DNA from: Candidatus Geothermarchaeum rappei
GTDB lineage: Archaea; Thermoproteota; Nitrososphaeria; Geothermarchaeales; JDFR-13
Direction of reading: 5' to 3'
Assembly: GCA_002011085.2 (NCBI GenBank)
Contig: MTMB02000001.1
Coordinates: 1,067,627-1,091,626 of the forward strand
DNA: 24,000 nt
The position numbers were made by a program, and so were the translations under genes. A model generated the notes under the pieces. The model made no database searches. It saw only the letters and a program-made list of their open reading frames with translations, and was not told where the DNA came from. Numbering within the stretch: the first letter of the stretch is position 1; every line of letters starts with the position of its first letter. Positions 1 to 8,902 of this stretch are shown in pieces.

Positions 1-228
1 TATCCCGGGACGTCTACAGACTGTGCGATGAGTATATCACTATACTCACCTACATACCTCAGGGTATCTAGAATCGGGGGCGCCACCATGACATTATTTA
101 TACTGCTGAGGCTCCTAGCATACTCGAAGAAGCGGTCTGCATTGGATCCACTTGACTCCCGATAGTTCTTCAGGTTCACGATTAAAACGGGAAATTTCAT
201 AAGGGATCACCGTAATAAAATATTTTTC

Positions 229-1092
229 ATGGAGTATAATAATGCAGATAAAAGGATCGTGATTAAGGATATACATGATCCTAGTGATGCAAAGAGACTC
301 CAGTATATCCAGGAAGTTACTTGGGGGACAGGCGATGTAGTTCCATTCCATGTCTTCATAGCAACTGCTACAGTAGGTGGAGTTGTCAAGGGAGCATATG
401 TAGATGGTGAGCTAGTGGGTTATGTATATGGGTTCTATGGGAAGTTTATGGGTAGGCTATGCCACTACTCTCATCAGCTGGCTGTACTACCCAAGTATCA
501 GAACCTGAATATCGGGTATATGCTTAAAATGGCTCAGAGACAGCATTGTCTAGACGAGGGCCTTGACCTAGTTGTCTGGACATATGACCCACTCCAGTCT
601 AAGAACGCGTATCTAAATATCAATAAGCTTGGGACCGTGGTCAAGACCTATTTCATAAACCACTATGGAGAGATGGATGACGAGCTTAATAGAGGCCTTG
701 CCTCCGACAGATTTATGGTGGAGTGGTGGATAGATAGTAAATGGGTTAGGAATAGAGAATCCTCTAGGATAAGATTCTTTGAAGACTATAGTCTTGCTGA
801 TAAAGTCGGTATAGCTCTTGAGGCGGTTAGGGATGGAGACGTATTAAAGCCTGTTGAGAAGAAAGCTGGTAAGACTATTGTCGGGATAGAGATCCCTTCG
901 GATATCAACGCGATTAAGAGGATTGATATGAGAATAGCCCGTAAATGGCGTGTGAAGACGAGGATATTATTCAGGGAATACTTCTCCAGAGGATACACCG
1001 TCTATAGATACCTAAGATTTAAACAGGACGGTGGCAAAGGAATATATTTATTGACGAGGGGTTTTGATCCAAATGACTATGGAGAAATTTAG
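229..1092 (+). CDS. GNAT-fold N-acyltransferase-like protein (uncharacterised 'predicted GNAT superfamily acetyltransferase' type)
   Basis: 287-aa ORF. The central block HYSHQLAVLPKYQNLNIGYMLKMAQRQHCLDEGLDLVVWTYDPLQSKNAYLNINKLG looks like a GNAT acyl-CoA binding core (Q/R-x-x-G-x-G/A-like YQNLNIGY). The 3' end overlaps the start of the downstream enolase-superfamily gene, which suggests one operon. Confidence 0.6.
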   Translation: MEYNNADKRIVIKDIHDPSDAKRLQYIQEVTWGTGDVVPFHVFIATATVGGVVKGAYVDGELVGYVYGFYGKFMGRLCHYSHQLAVLPKYQNLNIGYMLKMAQRQHCLDEGLDLVVWTYDPLQSKNAYLNINKLGTVVKTYFINHYGEMDDELNRGLASDRFMVEWWIDSKWVRNRESSRIRFFEDYSLADKVGIALEAVRDGDVLKPVEKKAGKTIVGIEIPSDINAIKRIDMRIARKWRVKTRILFREYFSRGYTVYRYLRFKQDGGKGIYLLTRGFDPNDYGEI

Positions 1093-2197
1093 GGTTGATG
1101 AGGTGAGGACATGGAGGATAAGACTCCCATATAGGGAGCCTTTCACCACTAGCTTCGGTACAGAGGAGGTTAAGGAGACTATTATAATAGGGATTAGGTC
1201 AGGAGACCATTTTGGCTATGGAGAATGTGTCGCCGGCAGGCATCCAATGTATTCCTATGAGACCGTGGATACAGCGAGCTATGTTATAGACAGGTACCTG
1301 GTTCCATCGATACTAGGTGAGGAAGTTGACCCAGTGTCTTTCATGGAGACAGTCAAATGGATACGTGGCCATCGAATGGCTAAGGCGACTGTCGAGATGG
1401 CCCTATGGGACTTATATGCAAAGATCCTTGGTAAGCCACTTTATAAGGTGATTGGTGGCGTAAGGGAGAAGGTTGATGTAGGTGTAAGCGTAGGTATACA
1501 AAGGACTGTAGATGACTTGATTAAGAAAATCGGTGAATACCTTGAGATGGGATATGGGAGGATAAAGATAAAGATAAAGCCTGGGTGGGATGTGGATGTT
1601 CTGAGGAGGATTAGGAAGGAATATCCTGATATAAAGCTTACTGTGGATGCGAACTCGGCATATGACTTGGAGAAGCATATGAGTATCCTTAAGGCGTTGG
1701 ATGAGTTTAACCTGCTCTATATCGAGCAGCCACTTGCATATAGCGACTTGGTGGGGCATAGCAAGCTGCAGAAGGAGCTATCTACACCAGTATGTCTAGA
1801 TGAGAGTATAACCGATTCTCATAAGGCTTGGGAGGCGCTTGAGATCGACGCAGCTCGTGTTATAAACATCAAGCCCGGTAGAGTAGGGGGTACTGGCGAG
1901 TCGATTAAGATACATGACTTGGCTGAGGAACACGGCGTCCCAGTCTGGATGGGGGGTATGCTGGAAACAGGCATTGGGAGGGCTCATAACGTGTCTATAG
2001 CCACACTAAGGAATTTCAAGTTCCCAGGGGACATATCAGCCAGTGAGAGGTATTACAATAGGGATATTATTAGGGAGCCCTTTGTACTGGAGAAGGAGAG
2101 TAAGATGTCCGTTAGAAAAAGCCCGGGAATCGGTGTAGAGATAGACTGGGAATTCTTCAGTACACTAGTGGTTAAGGAAAAAAGATATGGAGTATAG
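1064..2197 (+). CDS. menC: Enolase-superfamily o-succinylbenzoate synthase / N-succinyl(acyl)amino-acid racemase family protein (MenC/NSAR subgroup)
   Basis: 377-aa ORF with the full catalytic set of the OSBS/NSAR subgroup. It has the KxK motif (RIKIKIKPGWD), metal ligands in VDANSAY, YIEQP and CLDES, and the second catalytic Lys in INIKPGRVGG. The true start may be an internal Met at 1073 or 1079. The OSBS versus NSAR function cannot be decided from sequence alone. Confidence 0.85.
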   Translation: MIQMTMEKFRVDEVRTWRIRLPYREPFTTSFGTEEVKETIIIGIRSGDHFGYGECVAGRHPMYSYETVDTASYVIDRYLVPSILGEEVDPVSFMETVKWIRGHRMAKATVEMALWDLYAKILGKPLYKVIGGVREKVDVGVSVGIQRTVDDLIKKIGEYLEMGYGRIKIKIKPGWDVDVLRRIRKEYPDIKLTVDANSAYDLEKHMSILKALDEFNLLYIEQPLAYSDLVGHSKLQKELSTPVCLDESITDSHKAWEALEIDAARVINIKPGRVGGTGESIKIHDLAEEHGVPVWMGGMLETGIGRAHNVSIATLRNFKFPGDISASERYYNRDIIREPFVLEKESKMSVRKSPGIGVEIDWEFFSTLVVKEKRYGV

Positions 2198-2202
2198 ACG
2201 CG

Positions 2203-3294
2203 CTACTCCATACGCTTCCTAAGCTTCTCGAGAACCTGAGGTAGGGTAGTGTACTCCATCTCCTCCGGCCCAAGTCTATGCGGCATAAAAGGCCCATGCC
2301 TACGTATATAGTCGGCTATCCTAGCGGCCATCATCCTGACATGCTCAAACGACGGGTCATCGAACAAGTCCACTGGGCCGATGAGCTTACCATCCGTTAC
2401 CTGGAAACCTAGTCCAACAACCCTAGGTGGACCGTCGAACCTAGCAACCTTGGAATACCGTAATGGTACTGGCATGAATGGACCTGTATGGCTACCCCTC
2501 ATCCATCCAGCCACCAGATAAGGTGTTGAGAACGCCTCCAAGATCTCCCCCATAGCTGGGAAACCAGACTGGGACCTGACTATCAATACAGGGTCATCCT
2601 TACCAACATATCTACCTGCTATGAGGGATAACCTAGTTGTAGATGCTGCTGCAGCTATCTCTCCGTCTGACCTCCTATGTACATATTTAATCACATACCT
2701 GCTTGGAGTACCGATCAATGCTAGGAGATCATAGATATCCTCAGGAGAATTCATTTTATACTCCTTGCCCTCGACGACATCCAACACTGTGAATGTGAAG
2801 CCGTCGTGTAGCTTAGGGTCTATGACCAATCCTGCTGTGTTAAAGGGGTCTGCGAACATCTTATATAGATATATGTTCCATGCCCCAGGCTCGGTCTTAT
2901 CAGCCATGAATATAGCTATTGGATCACTCTTCCTCTCCTCAAACTCCATTTCAGCTAGACCCGGGCCCATGCCCCTAATATTCCCTGAGAATGCGTCTCT
3001 AAGAAGATCTTGCCCGGCTCCATAGAGCTTGAGCTTCTTAGAGACCTTTTCAGTGGCGTCTTTGAAGAGGTCCCAAGCCATCTTATGGATCTCCTCGTTA
3101 TCAACACCCTTAAAATGTGTGAATATCAACTCGAGATCGTCACCCGCATGGGTCACGTAGAAACTGTTGATTAACCCGGTCTCAACATTCTCCCTAAGCC
3201 TCTTCTCAGCGAACTCAAGTAGTTCCTTCGGAACAGTGACGTGGCCAGCCAGTCCCCCGATATCGGCTTTAATAACAGAAACCGTGGTCTTCAA
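2203..3294 (-). CDS. fbp: Fructose-1,6-bisphosphate aldolase/phosphatase (archaeal class V FBPase)
   Basis: The N-terminal KTTVSVIKADIGGLAGH is the family signature, and the length is about 363 aa. The ORF-track ATG at 3327 lies inside the likely promoter/5'UTR. I place the start at TTG 3294-3292, preceded by GAGGTGG (complement of 3300-3306) with a 5-nt spacer, and by a TATA element ATATATAA (complement of 3331-3338). Confidence 0.9.
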   Translation of the reverse strand: MKTTVSVIKADIGGLAGHVTVPKELLEFAEKRLRENVETGLINSFYVTHAGDDLELIFTHFKGVDNEEIHKMAWDLFKDATEKVSKKLKLYGAGQDLLRDAFSGNIRGMGPGLAEMEFEERKSDPIAIFMADKTEPGAWNIYLYKMFADPFNTAGLVIDPKLHDGFTFTVLDVVEGKEYKMNSPEDIYDLLALIGTPSRYVIKYVHRRSDGEIAAAASTTRLSLIAGRYVGKDDPVLIVRSQSGFPAMGEILEAFSTPYLVAGWMRGSHTGPFMPVPLRYSKVARFDGPPRVVGLGFQVTDGKLIGPVDLFDDPSFEHVRMMAARIADYIRRHGPFMPHRLGPEEMEYTTLPQVLEKLRKRME

Positions 3295-3405
3295 TGTAAC
3301 CACCTCTAACCAAAATATTCTATCCAAAACTTATATATCTCAGAATAGACCATTCTAAAGCCAGGATATGAGATAACCCATTATCTATAGGAGGTTCTTC
3401 CCATG

Positions 3406-4056
3406 TCAATATCTCCATAGTGATATGCCGTATGGCTTGGATACACACTTCCTCACCCTACTTGGCTTCGGGGTGAGGATATATATTCTATCGGTTATCT
3501 TGATAAGCTCATCCACCTGATGAGAGACGATGAGCATAGAGACCCCCCTAACCCGACTAATTGTTCGGAGAGCTTCCTGTAGATTCTCAATCGAAGACGT
3601 GTCTAGACCTGAGTAGGGCTCGTCCAGGAGTAGGATATCCGGCTCCAAGACAAGGGATCTAGCGATAGAGGCTTTTCTAGCAGTGCCCCCACTTACATGC
3701 CTGGGATACTTATCCAGATACTCTGTTATCCCAAGTATCTCAGCAGCCTCATAGACCCTCCTATCTCTCTCCTCCTTAGGCACGTTCCCGAATTTTAGCC
3801 CGAGCTCGATATTACCTTTGAGGGTGAACCATGGAAGAAGAATATCGTCTTGGGTGACGAAGCCAATACTACCATTTACCTCTACAATGCCCTCATCAGC
3901 ATCCTCAAGCCCAGATAATATACGGAGTAGGGTTGTCTTACCACATCCATTTGGACCGACTAGCCCCACAATCTCGCCATTATCAACCTCTATGCTAATA
4001 TGGTCTAAGACTAGGTCACCCCCGAATCTCTTTACCAGTCTAGACACCCTTATCAT
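3406..4056 (-). CDS. ABC transporter ATP-binding protein (nitrate/sulfonate/taurine/HMP-precursor type, SsuB/TauB/ThiZ-like)
   Basis: Walker A GPNGCGKTT, signature-like VSGGTARKASIARS, Walker B LLLDEPYSGLD and an H-loop SH. The likely start is ATG 4056-4054, forming an ATGA overlap with the permease stop at 4055-4053. The ORF track extends it to 4077. Confidence 0.85.
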   Translation of the reverse strand: MIRVSRLVKRFGGDLVLDHISIEVDNGEIVGLVGPNGCGKTTLLRILSGLEDADEGIVEVNGSIGFVTQDDILLPWFTLKGNIELGLKFGNVPKEERDRRVYEAAEILGITEYLDKYPRHVSGGTARKASIARSLVLEPDILLLDEPYSGLDTSSIENLQEALRTISRVRGVSMLIVSHQVDELIKITDRIYILTPKPSRVRKCVSKPYGISLWRY

Positions 4057-4808
4057 ATAAGCCATTTTCTTGTCCACCCCTCAATAGGCTTAAGAACAAT
4101 GTGATCCAAGAGAATCATAATGCTTATCAGGAGTAGGGCCCATGCAAATACTCCTTCTGGAACGCCCATGTCATAGTTGTATATAAGCCGGTATCCGATG
4201 CCGCCCCCGCCTCCAAAGGCCTCTGCAACCACGCTGATACGCAATGCCAAGCCTATCGCGGCTCTGGAGGCGCCGGCCATGTATAAGACGCCTCCTGGCA
4301 GGATTATGGAGACAAAGCTCTGGAGTTTAGATGCACCGAGGAGTTTAGAGAGCTCCTTAAGCTTCTTATCCAAAGCCTCTACAGCCCCGAACATTGAGGA
4401 GAGAAGGAGAGGATAAGTCGCTGCGGTCGTCACGAGAACAGGAGGAATTGGACTGAGTATCCCGAATATCATTATCAATATAAGTGTCCATACAAGGACG
4501 GATATACTCTGGATAAATGTATTTACCGCGTTGAAGAACATCTTTAGGAAGCTGTTTAGATATGCTAGGAAGACTGATAGTATCGTTAGGAGGAGAGCTA
4601 TGAAGAAGCCCATCAGACTATTATATAGCGTCCTCAGAATAGATGAGTATAATACATTTATAGGTATCGTAGTGAGGAAGACATATACTTTATAGGGTGA
4701 TGGAATCAGGTTTTGATAGAATAGGCTTAGCACAGCCCATGAAATAAATATGGTTAGGAAGAGGGTGATCCAGGCTATAGCCTGTAGAAGACTGTTTCTG
4801 GAATCCAT
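4053..4808 (-). CDS. ABC transporter permease (BPD_transp_1, SsuC/TauC/ThiX-like)
   Basis: 251-aa polytopic hydrophobic protein with an EAA-loop-like segment (LSKLLGASKLQSFVSIILPGG). It overlaps both flanking transporter genes. Confidence 0.8.
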   Translation of the reverse strand: MDSRNSLLQAIAWITLFLTIFISWAVLSLFYQNLIPSPYKVYVFLTTIPINVLYSSILRTLYNSLMGFFIALLLTILSVFLAYLNSFLKMFFNAVNTFIQSISVLVWTLILIMIFGILSPIPPVLVTTAATYPLLLSSMFGAVEALDKKLKELSKLLGASKLQSFVSIILPGGVLYMAGASRAAIGLALRISVVAEAFGGGGGIGYRLIYNYDMGVPEGVFAWALLLISIMILLDHIVLKPIEGWTRKWLI

Positions 4809-5767
4809 TTTGGATCGTCCTTTAGATAGCCCCCTGCCCAGGCTATGCCCCAGACCTTCTTGATGTTCTCCACCAAGTCATTTGTCAGTAAACCGGTGTT
4901 GATCTTCACCCTATCATAGACCTTCTCAGCTACCTCAGGCTCCAGGCCATATAGCTTCTCCAATACAGACACGGTGTACTCCTTGTCCTCCACCCACATT
5001 ATAGCAGCGTCTCTCCTAGCCTTGACAAGCTTCTCCACAAGCCCTGGATTACCCTCGACAAAGTCCTTCCTAGCAACCCATACTAGCATGACCGGCGACC
5101 CTTCTTCACCCAATGCCCCCCACATATCCTCATAGTCTGCAACTACATGTGCAGAGGCCTTCACCAACGCCCTACTAACCAGCGGCTCCCAGATAACTAT
5201 TGCATCTACATCTCCACGCTCCAAAGCAGTGATCACGACTCCCGGGGGAGAGTTTATAGCCGTTACGCCACTTGAATTAACCTCCGTATCCTCCGTGACC
5301 TCAATGTCATACGCCATTTTTAGATAAGCCTTAAACATCCTATATGTCCCCGATGCTAATACAGCGGCTACACGCCTCCCCACTAGGTCATCCACGGTCT
5401 TTATATCATCCTTAACCGCGAGAATAGCCTGATTCTGATACATATCCACCGCTATAATTACAATATCTACACCGTCCTGTAGGAGCTTAGCCGCCATCTC
5501 CGCCGGAATTATAGCAATGTCTACATCGCCCTTAGCCACTGCAGCCAGGATATCAGGAGTCTTCTGGAGGCGTATTACCTCGGCGTCAAAGCCATACTTG
5601 GCATCTATCCCCGCATCCTCAAGGATATCGAGTGTACTGATACCGCCTTCAAGAGTCGCGCATCGAACCGTCTCCTTAGAGCCTAGTAGACCTGATAACA
5701 GAGGGTATCCCGCTGCAATTATAATCAGGCCTACCACGATTATAAGTAGATACAGCTTCTTCATCAT
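4775..5767 (-). CDS. ABC transporter substrate-binding protein, NMT1/THI5-SsuA family, membrane-anchored
   Basis: 330 aa with an N-terminal hydrophobic anchor (KKLYLLIIVVGLIIIAAG). This is followed by an SsuA/NMT1-like fold pattern (GDVDIAIIPAEMAAKLLQDG, GDVDAIVIWEP). It is first in a three-gene transporter unit. Confidence 0.75.
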   Translation of the reverse strand: MMKKLYLLIIVVGLIIIAAGYPLLSGLLGSKETVRCATLEGGISTLDILEDAGIDAKYGFDAEVIRLQKTPDILAAVAKGDVDIAIIPAEMAAKLLQDGVDIVIIAVDMYQNQAILAVKDDIKTVDDLVGRRVAAVLASGTYRMFKAYLKMAYDIEVTEDTEVNSSGVTAINSPPGVVITALERGDVDAIVIWEPLVSRALVKASAHVVADYEDMWGALGEEGSPVMLVWVARKDFVEGNPGLVEKLVKARRDAAIMWVEDKEYTVSVLEKLYGLEPEVAEKVYDRVKINTGLLTNDLVENIKKVWGIAWAGGYLKDDPKWIPETVFYRL

Positions 5768-5821
5768 CCACCAGCCTCATACAATGGGTCAATAGACAAA
5801 ATAGTATGTAAAAACCCATCT

Positions 5822-6745
5822 CTATAAAAACGATAGTATAAAGGCCTTTGCAGCGACTATACCAAATGAGATTATCAGTGATATAGCGAGGTTCATGTTA
5901 AACGCCCTAGGTATGTTTGACAAGCTCTCCATAGCAAGTAGATGCTGGTAAATCATCAATGAAGACGCTAATAAAGTGGTCAGCAACCCGATTAACCCCA
6001 ATCCGTATATTACGTATCCCAATACTAGGAATGATATCGACATTAGATGCATAGCCAATGCAATTATCCGTGCCTTATCAACTCCATATACCGCTGGGAC
6101 ACTCCCCAGCCCCATGGCCCTGTCAAACTCGATATCCATGATACTATATAATATGTCGAAGCCAGATACCCAGAGTGCCACTGCAAGGATATAAACATAT
6201 GGGACAGATTCCAATACCAAGACTATGCTCGAAGCACTTTTTCCAATCACAGCGACAGCGCCTCCGAAGACAACCATACCTAGGGACAGGCCTAGATGAA
6301 GATGGGGGAAACTATGCCAACGCTTTGCATGGGGGTATGTCATGATCACCATCCAGAGAAGTGGACTTAGGAGGAAGGCATAGAAGTTGAGAAGTGCAGC
6401 TGATATAAAGTATAATATGCTTCCGATAACAACGATCATCCAAGCCTCCCTAGGGGAGACCACTCCCCTGACTAAGGGCCGGTTCATCGTCCTAGGATTC
6501 TGCGAATCAATATCGATATCAGCTATATTATTATAAGCCATTCCAGCCGTCCTCAGGCCCAGCACCGCTAGACATATTAATATTATGTCGGCTATAGTAG
6601 GTATCCCCGATAACAATGCACCTGCATATGCGAATGGGAGGCTGAATAATGTGTGCTCAATCCTAATTAACTTCATATATAGTGACAGCTTTCTCCTAGA
6701 AGATACTTTACCGGGATCCCATCTGGGAACGTCTCCTATATCCAT
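5822..6745 (-). CDS. ubiA: UbiA-family aromatic prenyltransferase (4-hydroxybenzoate polyprenyltransferase-like / MqnP-like)
   Basis: 307-aa polytopic membrane protein with the first Asp-rich motif NNIADIDIDSQNPRTMNRPL and a second Asp-containing region (YSIMDIEFD). It starts 13 nt downstream of the UbiD stop. An oligo-T tract on the coding strand (complement of 5810-5814) follows its stop. Confidence 0.85.
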   Translation of the reverse strand: MDIGDVPRWDPGKVSSRRKLSLYMKLIRIEHTLFSLPFAYAGALLSGIPTIADIILICLAVLGLRTAGMAYNNIADIDIDSQNPRTMNRPLVRGVVSPREAWMIVVIGSILYFISAALLNFYAFLLSPLLWMVIMTYPHAKRWHSFPHLHLGLSLGMVVFGGAVAVIGKSASSIVLVLESVPYVYILAVALWVSGFDILYSIMDIEFDRAMGLGSVPAVYGVDKARIIALAMHLMSISFLVLGYVIYGLGLIGLLTTLLASSLMIYQHLLAMESLSNIPRAFNMNLAISLIISFGIVAAKAFILSFL

Positions 6746-6758
6746 TGGACCATCCCCC

Positions 6759-8249
6759 CTAGGATCCTTGGTCTAGGCCATAGAGACTCCATTTCTCATC
6801 TACAAGCCTCTTGGTATCTTCATCCACCTCAACCTCCCTAGGCCACTCCTTACCACCATATTCCTCTGGATACTTCCTAGTCGCATCGATACCTAGTTTA
6901 CTCCCATAGCCTTGGATGGGGGTGGCTGGGTCGAGGGCATCCGTATGTGTACCTGGTATTATTAGGACGTCTCTCTGCGGATCTACATTAACGGATACAG
7001 CCCATATCACCTGGTTAATGTCATGGGGATTAATATCATGATCCACGACCACTATCATCTTTGTAAGGGAGAACTGGCCCAGACCCCATAGACCCATCAT
7101 AACCTTCTTAGCATGTCCCGGATACCTTTTCTTAATAGATACTATTGCTAGTCCCTGGAAGACGCCATGTTCAGGTAGGTTTATCTCAACTACCTCTGGG
7201 AACATCATCTGGATAATGGGTAGGAATATCCTCTCAACAGCCTTACCAATGACAGCATCCTCCAAGGCGGGTTTCCCGACAACACTACCATAGTATATCG
7301 GGTCACTCCTCATATAAATACACTCGAGATGGAATATGGGATATTTATCCATAGGCTTATCATAGTAGCCCATATGGTCTCCAAAAGGCCCTTCATACGC
7401 CGTCTCACTAACATCGATATAGCCCTCCAACACAGCTTCACCATATGCAGGGACCATTAATCCAGATCCTAGCTCGACAACTGGGAGGCTCTCTCCCCTA
7501 ACAATACCTGCAAAAAGATATTTATCCATTGGATATGGAACTGGAGCCGCGCCTGTAAAGAGGGTCGCGGGATCCCCACCTATTAAAATCGCCACAGGAA
7601 TCCTTTCTAGACCAGATTCACCCGCCTTCCTATATGACTCCGCACTCCTCTTATGGATCTGCCAGTGAATGACTCCACGCCTGTCATCCAGTATCATGAC
7701 CCTATAAACACCCATGTTATAAGTCTCCTTATCTGGATCCCTAGTGATGACAAGGGGATATGTAAAGTATCTTCCCCCGTCTCCCGGCCAAGTCTTGAAT
7801 ACGGGGAGGTTATTTAGGGAAGCCTTATCCCCCTCCAAGATATTCTCGAAAATGGGAGTGCTACCGACTTTCTTAGGAAGGTATCTTGAGAGACTCATCA
7901 TATCCTTGAAGGCACGTATCTTATCCACTACACCCATAGGAGGAGGAGATAATGCCAGGGATATAAGCCGCCGACCTACATCCTCAAGTCTCTCTACACC
8001 CAGGGACTTTCTAAACACATCTATATGGCAGAATAGGTTTCCCGCGATCCTCCACCCGGGGAAACCCTTTACATTCTCGAATAGAAGCGCTGGACCACGT
8101 CTATACATAATCCTCCTTAGAACCTCAGGTATCTCCAGGATCGGCGAGGCCTCCACCGTTATCCTCTTCAACCAGCCGATTTCATCTAGGAACTCCAGGT
8201 ATCCACGCATATCCCTAAGTGTCTTCAAGCCAAGCACCCCACATACCAA
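6759..8249 (-). CDS. ubiD: UbiD-family (prFMN-dependent) aromatic acid decarboxylase
   Basis: 496 aa. The N-terminus LRDMRGYLEFLDEIGWLKRI...GPALLFENVKGF is collinear with E. coli UbiD (LRDFLTLLEQQGELKRI...GPALLFENPKGY). The start codon is uncertain: 8249 is TTG, and in-frame GTG, TTG and ATG alternatives follow down to 8210. Confidence 0.9.
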   Translation of the reverse strand: MVCGVLGLKTLRDMRGYLEFLDEIGWLKRITVEASPILEIPEVLRRIMYRRGPALLFENVKGFPGWRIAGNLFCHIDVFRKSLGVERLEDVGRRLISLALSPPPMGVVDKIRAFKDMMSLSRYLPKKVGSTPIFENILEGDKASLNNLPVFKTWPGDGGRYFTYPLVITRDPDKETYNMGVYRVMILDDRRGVIHWQIHKRSAESYRKAGESGLERIPVAILIGGDPATLFTGAAPVPYPMDKYLFAGIVRGESLPVVELGSGLMVPAYGEAVLEGYIDVSETAYEGPFGDHMGYYDKPMDKYPIFHLECIYMRSDPIYYGSVVGKPALEDAVIGKAVERIFLPIIQMMFPEVVEINLPEHGVFQGLAIVSIKKRYPGHAKKVMMGLWGLGQFSLTKMIVVVDHDINPHDINQVIWAVSVNVDPQRDVLIIPGTHTDALDPATPIQGYGSKLGIDATRKYPEEYGGKEWPREVEVDEDTKRLVDEKWSLYGLDQGS

Positions 8250-8485
8250 ACACTGTTAGACACATAAAGACCAAAGTTAATTTTTTATGATATAGTCATT
8301 ACTTTATTAAACCTATATATAAGTTGCTCTTGACTAGATATCTGAGTAAATCCAGTTAGATAATTCTGTTTAAGAAACATAGGGAGACAGTCTAACCAGA
8401 TAAAAAGAGGAGAGAAGAGGGATGTGGTTGACTAGAAGTTGGCTATGAACATTATAGTCCCTCGACTGAACTCAATAACCAGAAT

Positions 8486-8537
8486 TATAAAAATGGTGCT
8501 CCGGCCGGGATTTAAACCCGTGACCATCGGCTCGAAA
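8486..8537 (-). pseudogene. Orphan, degenerate copy of the tRNA-Glu 3' half (anticodon loop to CCA plus 8 nt of 3' flank); direct repeat copy A
   Basis: It matches 9244-9295 at 48/52 positions without gaps. No 5' half is present nearby. Substitutions hit T-loop C56, T-stem position 49 and anticodon-stem position 43. Confidence 0.8.
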
Positions 8538-8644
8538 AACTCACCCTTTATAAAGACCGCATCCCGATTTCATGGGTTTTGGGAAGCATATATATTTCTG
8601 CAAACCTCCATTATATACAAAAATGATCATTGGGAAGCATTTTT

Positions 8645-8902
8645 CTAAAGCTTCTTATAGGCTTTTTCCCTATGTTCAACTGCAACCACATATATAATGT
8701 GTTTACCCGTATCTAAGATCAAAATCACCCTATATTTCCCTATTCGTAGAGAATAAAATGGTAAACCCCTCAACTTTTTAACATACCTAAACGGATCTTC
8801 TACGATATCCTCTACCTTCCCAAGGATCCTTCTAGAATCATTTTTGCCAAGTTTTTTCAGGTCATTCAGGGCAGCTCTCGTCCATAGAACCCTATACTTC
8901 AT
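8645..8902 (-). CDS. relE: Type II toxin, RelE/ParE (StbE) family
   Basis: 85 aa. The pattern W.RAALNDLKKL....RRILGKVEDIVEDP....KKLRG...YSLRIGKYRVILILD......IYVVAVEHRE is the typical RelE/ParE architecture. Its start has a 4-nt overlap with the upstream antitoxin gene. Confidence 0.85.
   Translation of the reverse strand: MKYRVLWTRAALNDLKKLGKNDSRRILGKVEDIVEDPFRYVKKLRGLPFYSLRIGKYRVILILDTGKHIIYVVAVEHREKAYKKL

Noticed and set aside
1-165. There are two edge ORFs. A plus-strand frame is open from position 1 to the TAG at 163-165, and could be the C-terminus of an upstream gene. A minus-strand ORF starts at ATG 89-87 and runs off the left edge (MVAPPILDTLRYVGEYSDILIAQSVDVPG...).
   Set aside because: They are mutually exclusive, and both are too short to assign. 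Neither shows a diagnostic motif. I leave them unresolved rather than report a feature.
7744-8259. There are long antisense ORFs inside well-supported genes. Examples are 7744-8259 (+, 171 aa), 20074-20553 (+, 159 aa), 1412-1759 (-, 115 aa), 14373-14714 (-, 113 aa), 19012-19344 (+) and 12645-12935 (+).
   Set aside because: Each lies entirely opposite a gene with strong family signatures. Their translations are low-complexity, Ser/Pro/Leu/Ile-rich and motif-free, which is typical of shadow ORFs.
8486-8537. The orphan tRNA-Glu 3' half could be a functional split-tRNA half gene. Split tRNAs are known in Nanoarchaeum and in some Thermoproteales. A TTTATAAA element lies just upstream of it on the minus strand.
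   Set aside because: It carries U instead of the universal C56, an A.G mismatch at the 49-65 T-stem pair, and a changed anticodon-stem base. It lacks the GC-rich leader that pairs with a 5'-half trailer. An intact tRNA-Glu(UUC) sits 700 bp away. Decay of an att-site duplicate explains it better. Only RNA-seq could fully exclude expression.
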